From: an uncultured Gammaproteobacteria bacterium | GTDB taxonomy: Bacteria; Pseudomonadota; Gammaproteobacteria; Magnimaribacterales; TMED112 | Reading direction: 5' to 3' | NCBI GenBank assembly: GCA_913052565.1 | Contig: CAJXFH010000002.1 | Coordinates: 39,324-103,323, forward strand | DNA: 64,000 nucleotides | Shown here: piece by piece, positions 1 to 8,470 of the stretch | Position numbering within the stretch: the first letter of the stretch is position 1 | How the letters are laid out: the number at the start of each line of letters is the position of its first letter | Program-made: the position numbers and the translations under genes | The notes under the pieces: generated by a model | What the model was told of the DNA's origin: nothing | Databases searched by the model: none | What the model saw: only the letters and a program-made list of their open reading frames with translations

Positions 1-1
1 C

Positions 2-706
2 AGATCATCTGTCTCTACATATGGAGCAATAAGCCTTGCTAAAGAAGCATGCGCAGGCCTCCTTTTTTCAAAAGAAGTCAAAAATCTTCGCGCAGCACTT
101 AATGAGGATAATCAGATTATAAGCATCATCGGTGGATCAAAGATTTCGACAAAGCTATCTGTTATTGAGAATCTCATTGAAAAATCTCAAAGTGTTTTAG
201 TGGGAGGGGGCATTGCAAACACATTCATAAAGGCCAGTGGTTTTGAGGTGGGTGCTTCATTGGTAGAGGACGAAATGCTAGATATTTCGAAAAGACTTCT
301 TCAAACAAACAAAATAATACTTCCTAAAAAAGTTTACACTGCTGAATCTCCTCAATCGACAATTGTTAGTTCGGTGAACATTGATCAGGTTAAGAAAAAT
401 GAAATGATTTTAGATATAGAATTTAATGAATCTGAAGTTTCTAAAAAAAATTCTCCTTTTATTCTGTGGAATGGTCCTTTGGGAATATTTGAGATTGAAC
501 AATTTTCAACTGGTACTCGACAACTCATAAATTTTTTAGGAGAGACAGACTCAAAAGTCATTGCAGGAGGAGGTGAAACGATTTATGCGATCAACAAATT
601 CTCTGAACTCAGCAAATTTCATTATGTTTCCACTGCTGGTGGTGCATTTTTGAAATATTTGTCAGGAGCACAACTACCATCTATAGAAGCATTAGAGTTA
701 AAATAA
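2..706 (+). CDS. pgk: Phosphoglycerate kinase, C-terminal part (truncated by window edge)
   Basis: The frame is open from base 2. Translation ...STYGAISLAKEACAGLLF...GGSKISTKLSVIENL...LVGGGIANTFIKASG...FILWNGPLGIFE...GGGETI...STAGGAFLKYLSG is typical of Pgk. Confidence 0.97.
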   Translation, partial: RSSVSTYGAISLAKEACAGLLFSKEVKNLRAALNEDNQIISIIGGSKISTKLSVIENLIEKSQSVLVGGGIANTFIKASGFEVGASLVEDEMLDISKRLLQTNKIILPKKVYTAESPQSTIVSSVNIDQVKKNEMILDIEFNESEVSKKNSPFILWNGPLGIFEIEQFSTGTRQLINFLGETDSKVIAGGGETIYAINKFSELSKFHYVSTAGGAFLKYLSGAQLPSIEALELK

Positions 707-710
707 TCTA

Positions 711-1724
711 ATGGACTTAAATTCACTTTCTGACATAGCAAACTATATTGTTAGCAATGGCAAAGGTATCTTAGCCGCAGATGAGAGCAACCCAACTTGT
801 AAAAAAAGGTTCGATACTATTCAGGTTGATTGCACAGAAGAGAGCAGAAGGAATTACAGGAATATGCTTTTTTCGGCAGATGGTATGAAAGACAATATTG
901 GTGGGGTGATTCTTTTTGATGAAACCATTAGACAAGAATCGATTGATGGAAAGCCACTTACAGAAATAATCTTAATGAATGGTGCGCTCCCAGGCATAAA
1001 AGTAGACAAAGGATTACTTCCTTTTAATAACTCAGAAGTAGAAACAATAACTCAAGGATTAGATGGTTTGCATGAGAGATGCCATGAGTATGAAAGGATG
1101 GGAGCTAAATTCACTAAATGGCGCGCTGTAATTAATATTGGTAAAGATATGCCTACACAAGAGTGCATAGATGCCAACATGGAAGCGTTGGCTAAGTACG
1201 CAAAGATAGCTCAAGAAAATAAAATGGTTCCTATAGTTGAACCTGAAATTCTAATCAATGGCAATCATTCCATAGATGATTGTTTTAATGCTACCTCAAG
1301 GTCAATCAAAGCTTTATTTGATTACCTTGATAGCTATGATGTAGATGTAAAAGGAACTCTTCTTAAGCCGAATATGATTACTGCAGGCGCTGATCATAGC
1401 AACAAGTCATCTGTGGAGGAGGTTGCTGAATATACTCTTAAATGCTTAAAAGAAAATGTCCCATCTGATCTTCCCGGTATTACATTTCTTTCTGGTGGCC
1501 AAACAGAAATTGAATCTACCGAGCATCTTGATGCCATGAATAAACTCGAAGAGTTGCCGTGGAAACTTAGTTTCTCTTATGGCAGAGCGCTTCAACAGTC
1601 TGCATTAAATGCATGGCTTGGAAAAGATGAAAATATGGCCGCAGCACAAAACGCTTTTTCTCACAGAGCACACATGAATAAGTTAGCAGCTTTGGGTGAA
1701 TGGTCAAAATCATTAGAGGGTTAA
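711..1724 (+). CDS. Fructose-bisphosphate aldolase class I
   Basis: GKGILAADESNPTCKKRFDTI...RNMLFSADGM...GVILFDETIRQ...VKGTLLKPNMITAG...FLSGGQTEIE is the class I aldolase pattern. It lies directly downstream of pgk. Confidence 0.95.
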   Translation: MDLNSLSDIANYIVSNGKGILAADESNPTCKKRFDTIQVDCTEESRRNYRNMLFSADGMKDNIGGVILFDETIRQESIDGKPLTEIILMNGALPGIKVDKGLLPFNNSEVETITQGLDGLHERCHEYERMGAKFTKWRAVINIGKDMPTQECIDANMEALAKYAKIAQENKMVPIVEPEILINGNHSIDDCFNATSRSIKALFDYLDSYDVDVKGTLLKPNMITAGADHSNKSSVEEVAEYTLKCLKENVPSDLPGITFLSGGQTEIESTEHLDAMNKLEELPWKLSFSYGRALQQSALNAWLGKDENMAAAQNAFSHRAHMNKLAALGEWSKSLEG

Positions 1725-2264
1725 GTGAAAACAGCCTGTGTGTTTTTATCTTCGCGTGAACCAAAAATTGAATTAGATGAAGATATAAAAAATTTTGCAT
1801 CTTTTATTTCAAAAAATAACTTAAAACTTATGTATGGTGGAGGAAAGTGTGGTTTGATGGGAAAACTATCAAAATCTGTGTTCGACAATGGAGGGAAAAC
1901 AATTGGAATAACTTTGCCTATGTTCGACGATATGGGAGTTACACCCGATTATTTAGACCAACTAACCACCGAAGAAAATTTCTACTTAAGAAAAAAAAGC
2001 ATGATTGATAAGTCTGATTTTTTTGTAATCTTCCCTGGAGGAGTTGGCACTGCTGATGAGTTTTTTGATATTTTTAATCATCTTTGCCTTGGTTTAGAAA
2101 ATAAGAATATATATGTGTTTAACAAAGATGATTGCTGGACTGATTTGCTTAAATGGATAGATAAAAATGTTGAACTAAACATGTTAAAAAATAAGCCAGA
2201 TGGTTTATTTGTATCTGAGACAATAAACGATCTACAAAATAGGATAGAGAAAAATGAATTTTGA
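1725..2264 (+). CDS. LOG family (TIGR00730-type) Rossmann-fold protein, putative nucleoside 5'-monophosphate phosphoribohydrolase
   Basis: GTG start. YGGGKCGLMG and the FPGGVGTADEFFD motif (PGGxGTxxE) are present. Confidence 0.88.
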   Translation: MKTACVFLSSREPKIELDEDIKNFASFISKNNLKLMYGGGKCGLMGKLSKSVFDNGGKTIGITLPMFDDMGVTPDYLDQLTTEENFYLRKKSMIDKSDFFVIFPGGVGTADEFFDIFNHLCLGLENKNIYVFNKDDCWTDLLKWIDKNVELNMLKNKPDGLFVSETINDLQNRIEKNEF

Positions 2265-4164
2265 CATTAAAGATTTCCAGAATCCAAGCATTAAGGATTT
2301 TGCAGAGTATAAAGAAATGTATGAACGCTCAATAAATGAGCCTGATAAATTTTTCCTAGAGCAGGCAAATAAGCATATTTCTTGGTTTCAAAGACCAACA
2401 AAAGGCTCATCTGGCTCATTTGAAAAACCAGCCTGGTTTGAAGACGGAAAGTTAAATATTTCTTATAACTGTATTGATAGACATTGTGAAAGTAGGCCTA
2501 ATGATACAGCTATTATTTGGCAGGGCGACGATAAGGATAGTTCAAACAAAATATCTTTTTCTGAGTTATTGGCAGAAGTATCTAGGCTCGCTAATGCTTT
2601 GAAAAAAATTGGTGTAAAAAAAGGCGATCGTATTTGCATTTATATGCCAATGATTCCTCAAGCAGCTTATGCAATGTTTGCATGTATGCGGCTTGGCGCA
2701 GTTCATTCAGTTGTATTTGGTGGTTTTTCTCCAGAGGCAATTAGTTCAAGGATATTAGATTCAGATTGTAGATATGTTATTACAGCTGATGAAGGCATAA
2801 GGGGAGGAAAAAAAATACCCCTAAAAAACAGCGTAGACCAAGCTTTAGAGAAATGTCCTGATGTCAAACACTGCATTGTTTATCGCTACACAAATACAGA
2901 TATTTTTTGGGACGAGGAAAGAGATCTTGACTATAAGACAATTACAGAGGGTGAAGAGGACTTTTGTGAATGTGAATCTTTAGGCTCTGAGGATCCATCT
3001 TTTATACTTTATACATCTGGCTCCACAGGAAAACCAAAAGGTGTTATGCATACTACAGGCGGTTATTTATTAGGAGCCTGTTTATCTTTTAAGTATATTT
3101 TTGGTTACTCCGAAAAAGACATTTACTGGTGTACTGCAGATGTCGGCTGGATTACAGGACATACCTATATACTTTATGGTCCCCTTTGTAATGGTGCTAC
3201 GACTTTGATGTTTGAGGGCATTCCAACTTATCCAGATCCCTCACGATTTTGGGAGGTTTGTGATCAACATAATGTAAATATTTTTTATACAGCTCCAACT
3301 GCCATTAGAGCATTAATAGCAAAAGGGGAAAAATTTTTGTCTTCATCAACTAGATCAAGCCTTAAAGTATTGGGCACTGTAGGTGAACCAATAAATCCCG
3401 AGGTTTGGGAGTGGTATTTTTCAAAAGTTGGAAATTCACGTTGTGAGGTGGTTGATACATGGTGGCAAACTGAAACAGGTTCAGTTCTCATTTCACCTAT
3501 TGCTGGCATTACGCCAAAAAAACCAGGATCAGCTACACTACCATTTTTTGGGGTTCTTCCATCGCTTGTGAATACAGATGGTGTTGAACAGAAAGGGGAT
3601 GTAAAAGGCAATCTATGTATCAATCAAAGCTGGCCAAGTCAGATAAGAACGGTATATGGAGATCATCAAAGAATGGTAGATACATATTTTTCTCAATATC
3701 ACGGCAAATATTTTACTGGTGATGGAGCTAGACGAGATGCAGATGGATATTATTGGGTGACTGGCAGGGTTGATGATGTGTTAAATGTATCAGGACACAG
3801 AATTGGAACAGCAGAGGTAGAAAGCGCTATTGTCACACATAAAGATGTAGCTGAATCAGCAGTTGTTGGGATAGAACACCCAATTAAAGGTCAAGCTATT
3901 TATGCATACGTAATCTTAAAGGATACTGAAAAAAAATTAGATGACCTTGAAGTTGAAATTGTCGAAATCGTATCAAAAGTTATTGGAAAAATAGCTAAGC
4001 CAGAAAAAATACATTTTACAAAGGATCTTCCGAAAACAAGATCGGGAAAAATCATGCGTAGAATTCTTAGAAAAATTGCTAATGATGATACTGATAACCT
4101 AGGTGATGTGACTACATTAGCAGATCCAAATATTGTTCAGCAGCTGATAGATTCAAAAAAATAG
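2254..4164 (+). CDS. acs: Acetyl-CoA synthetase
   Basis: 636 aa with YTSGSTGKPKGVMHTTGGYL, DVGWITGHTYILYGPL, WWQTETGS and TRSGKIMRRILRKIA. Confidence 0.97.
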   Translation: MNFDIKDFQNPSIKDFAEYKEMYERSINEPDKFFLEQANKHISWFQRPTKGSSGSFEKPAWFEDGKLNISYNCIDRHCESRPNDTAIIWQGDDKDSSNKISFSELLAEVSRLANALKKIGVKKGDRICIYMPMIPQAAYAMFACMRLGAVHSVVFGGFSPEAISSRILDSDCRYVITADEGIRGGKKIPLKNSVDQALEKCPDVKHCIVYRYTNTDIFWDEERDLDYKTITEGEEDFCECESLGSEDPSFILYTSGSTGKPKGVMHTTGGYLLGACLSFKYIFGYSEKDIYWCTADVGWITGHTYILYGPLCNGATTLMFEGIPTYPDPSRFWEVCDQHNVNIFYTAPTAIRALIAKGEKFLSSSTRSSLKVLGTVGEPINPEVWEWYFSKVGNSRCEVVDTWWQTETGSVLISPIAGITPKKPGSATLPFFGVLPSLVNTDGVEQKGDVKGNLCINQSWPSQIRTVYGDHQRMVDTYFSQYHGKYFTGDGARRDADGYYWVTGRVDDVLNVSGHRIGTAEVESAIVTHKDVAESAVVGIEHPIKGQAIYAYVILKDTEKKLDDLEVEIVEIVSKVIGKIAKPEKIHFTKDLPKTRSGKIMRRILRKIANDDTDNLGDVTTLADPNIVQQLIDSKK

Positions 4165-4207
4165 CGAGATCAACTGACACGGCAAAAGCCGCATCAATTG
4201 AGAGGTA

Positions 4208-4504
4208 TTAAATTTGTTTTAGCCCGTCCCATTTGCAAGTTTTAATGCCGCTTGCACTTTCTACTTTAAAGGAGTTTGCAATTTTCTCATTTTCAAAATA
4301 GATCTTATGGAATAATCGGTTTGTAGGGCAGCTATTTTTCGTTAAAACATTGCCAACAAGTGTTTTACCGCTGGATAACTGAAAAATTATCTGATTATTA
4401 TTAGTGAAACTTATGTCTGTAATGTCAGCGCTTTTGAAATCAGCATTAGAGTGAGCAATACAGGACAACAAAGTGAACCCAATGACCAATAAAAATTTTT
4501 TCAT
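4208..4504 (-). CDS. Hypothetical small secreted protein
   Basis: 98-aa ORF with an N-terminal signal peptide (MKKFLLVIGFTLLSCIAHSNA). No family recognised. Confidence 0.55.
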   Translation of the reverse strand: MKKFLLVIGFTLLSCIAHSNADFKSADITDISFTNNNQIIFQLSSGKTLVGNVLTKNSCPTNRLFHKIYFENEKIANSFKVESASGIKTCKWDGLKQI

Positions 4505-4570
4505 AGCTTTATATTAACAGATTGTCACATTTCTGTCACATTATTGTAATTTAAATGTTGAATAAGAAAA

Positions 4571-4711
4571 TTAGTTGTTTTCTTTTGCTTCAGAGATATT
4601 GGCGTTGTGCTTTTTCTTTCTTGAATACTTCTTTTTATCAGGTTCAATTTTATGTTTATATTTTGGTGTCCTTAAGTCTTTAACTAATGGATTACGCTTC
4701 TTTTTTTTCAT
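4571..4711 (-). CDS. arfA: Small basic protein resembling alternative ribosome-rescue factor ArfA (absent from ORF track)
   Basis: Hand translation of the minus strand: MKKKKRNPLVKDLRTPKYKHKIEPDKKKYSRKKKHNANISEAKENN* (46 aa). The pattern NPLvk.lR...K.K..pdKKkYsRKkKH resembles the ArfA core (E. coli [24 protein letters not shown]). It overlaps the tatC 3' end by 20 nt. Confidence 0.6.
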   Translation of the reverse strand: MKKKKRNPLVKDLRTPKYKHKIEPDKKKYSRKKKHNANISEAKENN

Positions 4712-5405
4712 TACTGAAAATGATTCCTATTTCAAAAAGCAAATACATTGGAACTGCCATCAAGAATTGTGATATCACATCAGGTGGTGTAAAAAGCATT
4801 CCAAAAACAAAGCAAATTACAAGAACTACCCCTCTGTAATCTTTAAGCTTCTTTTTTCCAATAATATTTAGCAATATAAGCGCATTTACAAACACAGGAA
4901 CCTGAAACGCAATTCCGAACCCAATTAAAATTGTTAAAACAAAACTAAGAAAATTTGAAATATCTGTACTTACAGTAATTGATTCAGGACCTACCGATTG
5001 AAAAAAATTTAAAACATTAGGCAAAACAACTAAAAAACAGAATGTAATCCCTAAAAAAAATAGTATTGCACCAAAAATTGCACGAGTAAAAATGATTGAT
5101 TTTTCATTTGGATATAAGCCAGGCGACATGTACTTAAGTACTTGATATAGCCAAAAAGGCATACTCGCCATAGCAGCTAGATAGGCTGAAAGTTTAAGAG
5201 GTACTATGAATGGAGAAGCAACCTCAACTGCAATCAACTGAATGCTTGTAAAGTTATTTAAATATCCAGTAATTGTCTCAAAGAAAAAATTATTAAAAGG
5301 ATAAATGCACAAGAAACTTAGAATAAAAAAAATTAACATGTAAAGTAGTCTTCTTCTAAGCTCAACAAAATGATCTCCAATATTACTCATTTTTTTCTTT
5401 TTCAA
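4692..5405 (-). CDS. tatC: Sec-independent protein translocase TatC (start may be internal, MSNIGDHF...)
   Basis: HFVELRRRLLYML...PFIVPLKLSAY...FWLYQVLKYMSPGLYPNEK...FTPPDVISQFLMAVPMYLLFEIGI. Confidence 0.96.
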   Translation of the reverse strand: MKKKKMSNIGDHFVELRRRLLYMLIFFILSFLCIYPFNNFFFETITGYLNNFTSIQLIAVEVASPFIVPLKLSAYLAAMASMPFWLYQVLKYMSPGLYPNEKSIIFTRAIFGAILFFLGITFCFLVVLPNVLNFFQSVGPESITVSTDISNFLSFVLTILIGFGIAFQVPVFVNALILLNIIGKKKLKDYRGVVLVICFVFGMLFTPPDVISQFLMAVPMYLLFEIGIIFSNEKKEA

Positions 5406-5619
5406 ATTCCCTCATTTTGGTTTCATTAAAAATATCTTGTTTTAACTCTTGCACATTAAGCTCTTTCTCTAAGTCTTCTTTTGTTGAAGTAGCAAAATTT
5501 TGGAGTTGAATGAAAAACTTATAGATCGTTTTAATATATCCCTGAATTTTTTCTGGCTTCACAGAAAAAAAAGCTACAAGAAGTATTATTAAAAGTTCAG
5601 GAATCCCTATTTGGATCAT
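5383..5619 (-). CDS. tatB: TatB-like translocase subunit
   Basis: Short N-terminal TM segment (IPELLIILLVAFFSVKPEK) followed by an amphipathic helix, located between tatA and tatC. Confidence 0.8.
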   Translation of the reverse strand: MIQIGIPELLIILLVAFFSVKPEKIQGYIKTIYKFFIQLQNFATSTKEDLEKELNVQELKQDIFNETKMREFEKEKNE

Positions 5620-5755
5620 CTTCTTCTTTTATTTCTTTTTTAAAGCCTTTAAGCGCTTTGCCCAGGTCAGAGCCCATTGATTTCATGCGTGAGGTTCCAA
5701 AGATGAGCACAATAATTAATAAAACAACTAAAATTTGCCAAAAACCTATACTCAT
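5597..5755 (-). CDS. tatA: TatA-like translocase subunit (absent from ORF track)
   Basis: Hand translation MSIGFWQILVVLLIIVLIFGTSRMKSMGSDLGKALKGFKKEIKEEDDPNRDS*. The FG hinge and GSDLGKALKGFKK are classic TatA. It lies directly upstream of tatB. Confidence 0.93.
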   Translation of the reverse strand: MSIGFWQILVVLLIIVLIFGTSRMKSMGSDLGKALKGFKKEIKEEDDPNRDS

Positions 5756-7143
5756 ATCTCTTCTCCTGTTTCCTCTGAAAACTTATATTTTGATTCTTCA
5801 ATTTTTTTCAGAATCATATATGTAAGTATATGTTTTTTTGAGACAAGATACTTAATTAAACCTTTGACACTATACTTGTCTTTGAGCCATTTTTTTATGA
5901 AAGGATCTGCAACTGACCAAAAGTCTAGATCAGGGTAGATTTGCCTACCCATACCTTCAATATGAATTAAAGTTTTCACTAGCAGAATAAGGTCATTATC
6001 CAGAAATAAATCAAACTGTTTCATTCCGTCAAATAAGTTTAAGAGTAATTCACCGAATAAAATTTCATTAAGTGGTTTATCAAGTAAGCTTTCGCAATTT
6101 GCACGGAGTACAGCCTCAAGGTCCTCTGTTTTTGTTTTTTCGTCTACCCACTCAGCAAAAATAAATAATTGAGCAAGTGAAAAGAAATCTCTATCAAGCA
6201 AACATGAAATCATTTGTGCTAAAAGGATCTGGTTTGATTCTGTGAGTGATCCACATATTGCATAATCAACAGCATAATAATAAGGATCATTTGGTTTATC
6301 TTTGGCTGCAAAGATATTTCCTGGATGCATGTCTGCATGGAAAAAATTATCCTCAAAAACTTGCTTTAAGAAAATCTGAACACCATTTTCCGATAGTTTT
6401 TTTAAATCAAGCCCATAAGCTCGGAGATTTGAAACATTTGTAATTGGTTCTCCGTCTATGTATTCCATTACTAAAGTTTTTTTAGTGGTAAATTCATCAT
6501 GAATTCTTGGTACATATAGAAATGAACTGTGAGCAAAATTACTAAAAGTCTTTTTTGCATTTGCAGCTTCAAGCCTGAAATCAAGCTCATTTGTTATTAC
6601 TTTTTCATAGTCATTTACAACAAGATTTAGATCTACACGTGGATATCCCTTATAAAAGAATCTCAATGCTTTCACAGCAAATCGCAAAGCATCAATATCT
6701 CTTTGAATCTGTTTTTCAAGACCAGGCCTTTGAACTTTTACAACTAATTCTTCATTGTTCAGTGTTACTCTATGAACTTGAGCTAGCGAAGCAGATGCTA
6801 AGGGCACCGCATCAATATTCTTTAGTAAGGTATCTGCTCGTTGACCAAGATTTCTTTTCAATTCCTCCTTGATGTACGAAAAATCTATAGGCTCGCAGCT
6901 ATCAGTGAGCTCTTTAAGATTGCTAGCTAGTTCTTGACTAATAAGGTCAGTCCTGGTTGAAAGCAGTTGCCCAAGTTTTATAAATACGGGCCCAAGATTC
7001 TCAAGCGATTTCTTAAATTTATTTTCAATATCTTTAGGTCTTGCAAACTGTTTTAAAAAGGGATTGAATCCATCAACAAAAAGATGAAATATTCCACTTG
7101 ATCTTAGTGTAAAGAAGATTTCAAGAAGCCTTAATATTTTCAT
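5752..7143 (-). CDS. ubiB: Ubiquinone biosynthesis ABC1/UbiB family protein
   Basis: GPVFIKLGQLLSTRTDLI, PLASASLAQVHR, VVKVQRPG and FFHADMHPGNIF. Sits next to ubiE and tatABC. Confidence 0.95.
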   Translation of the reverse strand: MKILRLLEIFFTLRSSGIFHLFVDGFNPFLKQFARPKDIENKFKKSLENLGPVFIKLGQLLSTRTDLISQELASNLKELTDSCEPIDFSYIKEELKRNLGQRADTLLKNIDAVPLASASLAQVHRVTLNNEELVVKVQRPGLEKQIQRDIDALRFAVKALRFFYKGYPRVDLNLVVNDYEKVITNELDFRLEAANAKKTFSNFAHSSFLYVPRIHDEFTTKKTLVMEYIDGEPITNVSNLRAYGLDLKKLSENGVQIFLKQVFEDNFFHADMHPGNIFAAKDKPNDPYYYAVDYAICGSLTESNQILLAQMISCLLDRDFFSLAQLFIFAEWVDEKTKTEDLEAVLRANCESLLDKPLNEILFGELLLNLFDGMKQFDLFLDNDLILLVKTLIHIEGMGRQIYPDLDFWSVADPFIKKWLKDKYSVKGLIKYLVSKKHILTYMILKKIEESKYKFSEETGEEI

Positions 7144-7889
7144 TTTATTCCTTTATGAATTGACACTATTCCTTTAAAAATATTTTCATAACTGACTGAA
7201 CTGAATCCTGCTTCATTGAAAAGTTTCACGAGCTCTTCTTGATTCTCATGAGTTCTTATAGACTTTACCAGATATTCATAACTGGCTTTATCACCGGAAA
7301 CTAGCTCTCCTAAAGTTGGAATTACATTAAAGCTATAAAAGTCATAAAGCTTATTGAATGATTCTCCCTCAGGCTTTGAAAATTCAAGAATTTGCAATTG
7401 ACCGCCTTCTTTAAGAACTCTCATTATTTCTTTCAATGCCTTTGGTTTGTCTGAAAAGTTTCTGAAACCAAAAGATATGAATACATGATCAAAGAAACTA
7501 TCTGAATATGGTAGCTTTTCAGCACTTGACACAGCAAAATGACATTTATTAATAAACCCTTCATTTACTGATCTTTCTTTAGCTTGATCAATCATATCTG
7601 AATTTTGATCACACAAATACACAGTTTTACCTTTAACTTTTTTTGACAAAATTTTTGAAATATCTCCTGTTCCTGCAGCCAAATCCAAACATTTATGATT
7701 TCTTTCAACCGCTGCAGAATTAACATAAGAGGATTTCCATAATCTATGCATGCCCACTGACATCAAATCATTCATAAGATCATAATTATCTGAAACTCTG
7801 GAAAATATATCCTCTACTCCAGTCTTCTTTTGCCCCTTGGAAACTTTCTTGTCTCCAAAGAATACTTTTTGATTATCTTTATCGCTCAT
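7140..7889 (-). CDS. ubiE: Ubiquinone/menaquinone biosynthesis C-methyltransferase
   Basis: VFSRVSDNYDLMNDLMSVGMHRLWK, LDLAAGTGDI, ISFGFRNF, YEYLVKSIRTHENQEEL. Confidence 0.97.
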   Translation of the reverse strand: MSDKDNQKVFFGDKKVSKGQKKTGVEDIFSRVSDNYDLMNDLMSVGMHRLWKSSYVNSAAVERNHKCLDLAAGTGDISKILSKKVKGKTVYLCDQNSDMIDQAKERSVNEGFINKCHFAVSSAEKLPYSDSFFDHVFISFGFRNFSDKPKALKEIMRVLKEGGQLQILEFSKPEGESFNKLYDFYSFNVIPTLGELVSGDKASYEYLVKSIRTHENQEELVKLFNEAGFSSVSYENIFKGIVSIHKGIK

Positions 7890-7921
7890 ATAGTATTATT
7901 GTGTTGAGAGAAAAAGTATAA

Positions 7922-8458
7922 ATGACAAATACAAATTTACTAGCTTGGATAGATCTTGAAATGACAGGCTTAGACCCTGAGAAGCACCATATAATTGAAA
8001 TAGCAAGCCTTGTTACCGATTCAGATCTCAACATAGTTGAAGAGGGGCCAGAAATTGCAGTTTCTCAGACTGATAGTGTCCTTTCGTTAATGAATGACTG
8101 GAATGTAAATCAACATACGTCATCAGGATTGGTAAAAAAAATTAAAGATAGCTCTATTGTTTTGTCTGAAGCAGAAAAAATGACATTAGATTTTTTTAAA
8201 AAACATATAAAACAGCATAAATCTCCACTTTGTGGTAGCAGCGTGTCACATGATAGAAGATTTCTAATAAAACATATGCCTAGATTAGCTAACCATTTCC
8301 ATTATCGGCACATTGATGTGAGTTCATTCAAAGAAGTAATAAAAAGATGGAGCCCTGGTGCAGAAGAATTCCAAAAAAAATCATCTCACAGGGCAATGGA
8401 TGATATTAAAGAATCTGTAAATGAGTTAAAGTTTTATAGAGAAAAATTTTTCAAATAA
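7922..8458 (+). CDS. orn: Oligoribonuclease
   Basis: LLAWIDLEMTGLDPEKHHIIEIASLVTDSDL...YRHIDVSSFKEV..HRAMDDIKESV. Confidence 0.97.
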   Translation: MTNTNLLAWIDLEMTGLDPEKHHIIEIASLVTDSDLNIVEEGPEIAVSQTDSVLSLMNDWNVNQHTSSGLVKKIKDSSIVLSEAEKMTLDFFKKHIKQHKSPLCGSSVSHDRRFLIKHMPRLANHFHYRHIDVSSFKEVIKRWSPGAEEFQKKSSHRAMDDIKESVNELKFYREKFFK

Positions 8459-8470
8459 CACCAAACTAAA

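Noticed and set aside
1567-1800. Antisense ORFs across the window (e.g. 1567-1800, 3285-3623, 5735-5938, 10143-10343, 45516-46214, 49600-49899, 57462-57857)
   Set aside because: They lie wholly or mostly antisense to well-identified genes, have low-complexity or shadow-like composition, and show no recognisable domain.
4180-4191. CGGC-AAAA-GCCG hairpin after acs
   Set aside because: Only a 4-bp stem with no U-tract; too weak to call a terminator.
4575-4772. 65-aa plus-strand ORF between the hypothetical gene and tatC
   Set aside because: It is antisense to the more plausible ArfA-like ORF and the tatC end. Its hydrophobic Phe-rich sequence is the shadow of Lys-rich codons.
5735-5938. Plus-strand 67-aa ORF in the tatA/ubiB region
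   Set aside because: It overlaps the ubiB 3' end antisense. The real unlisted gene here is tatA on the minus strand.
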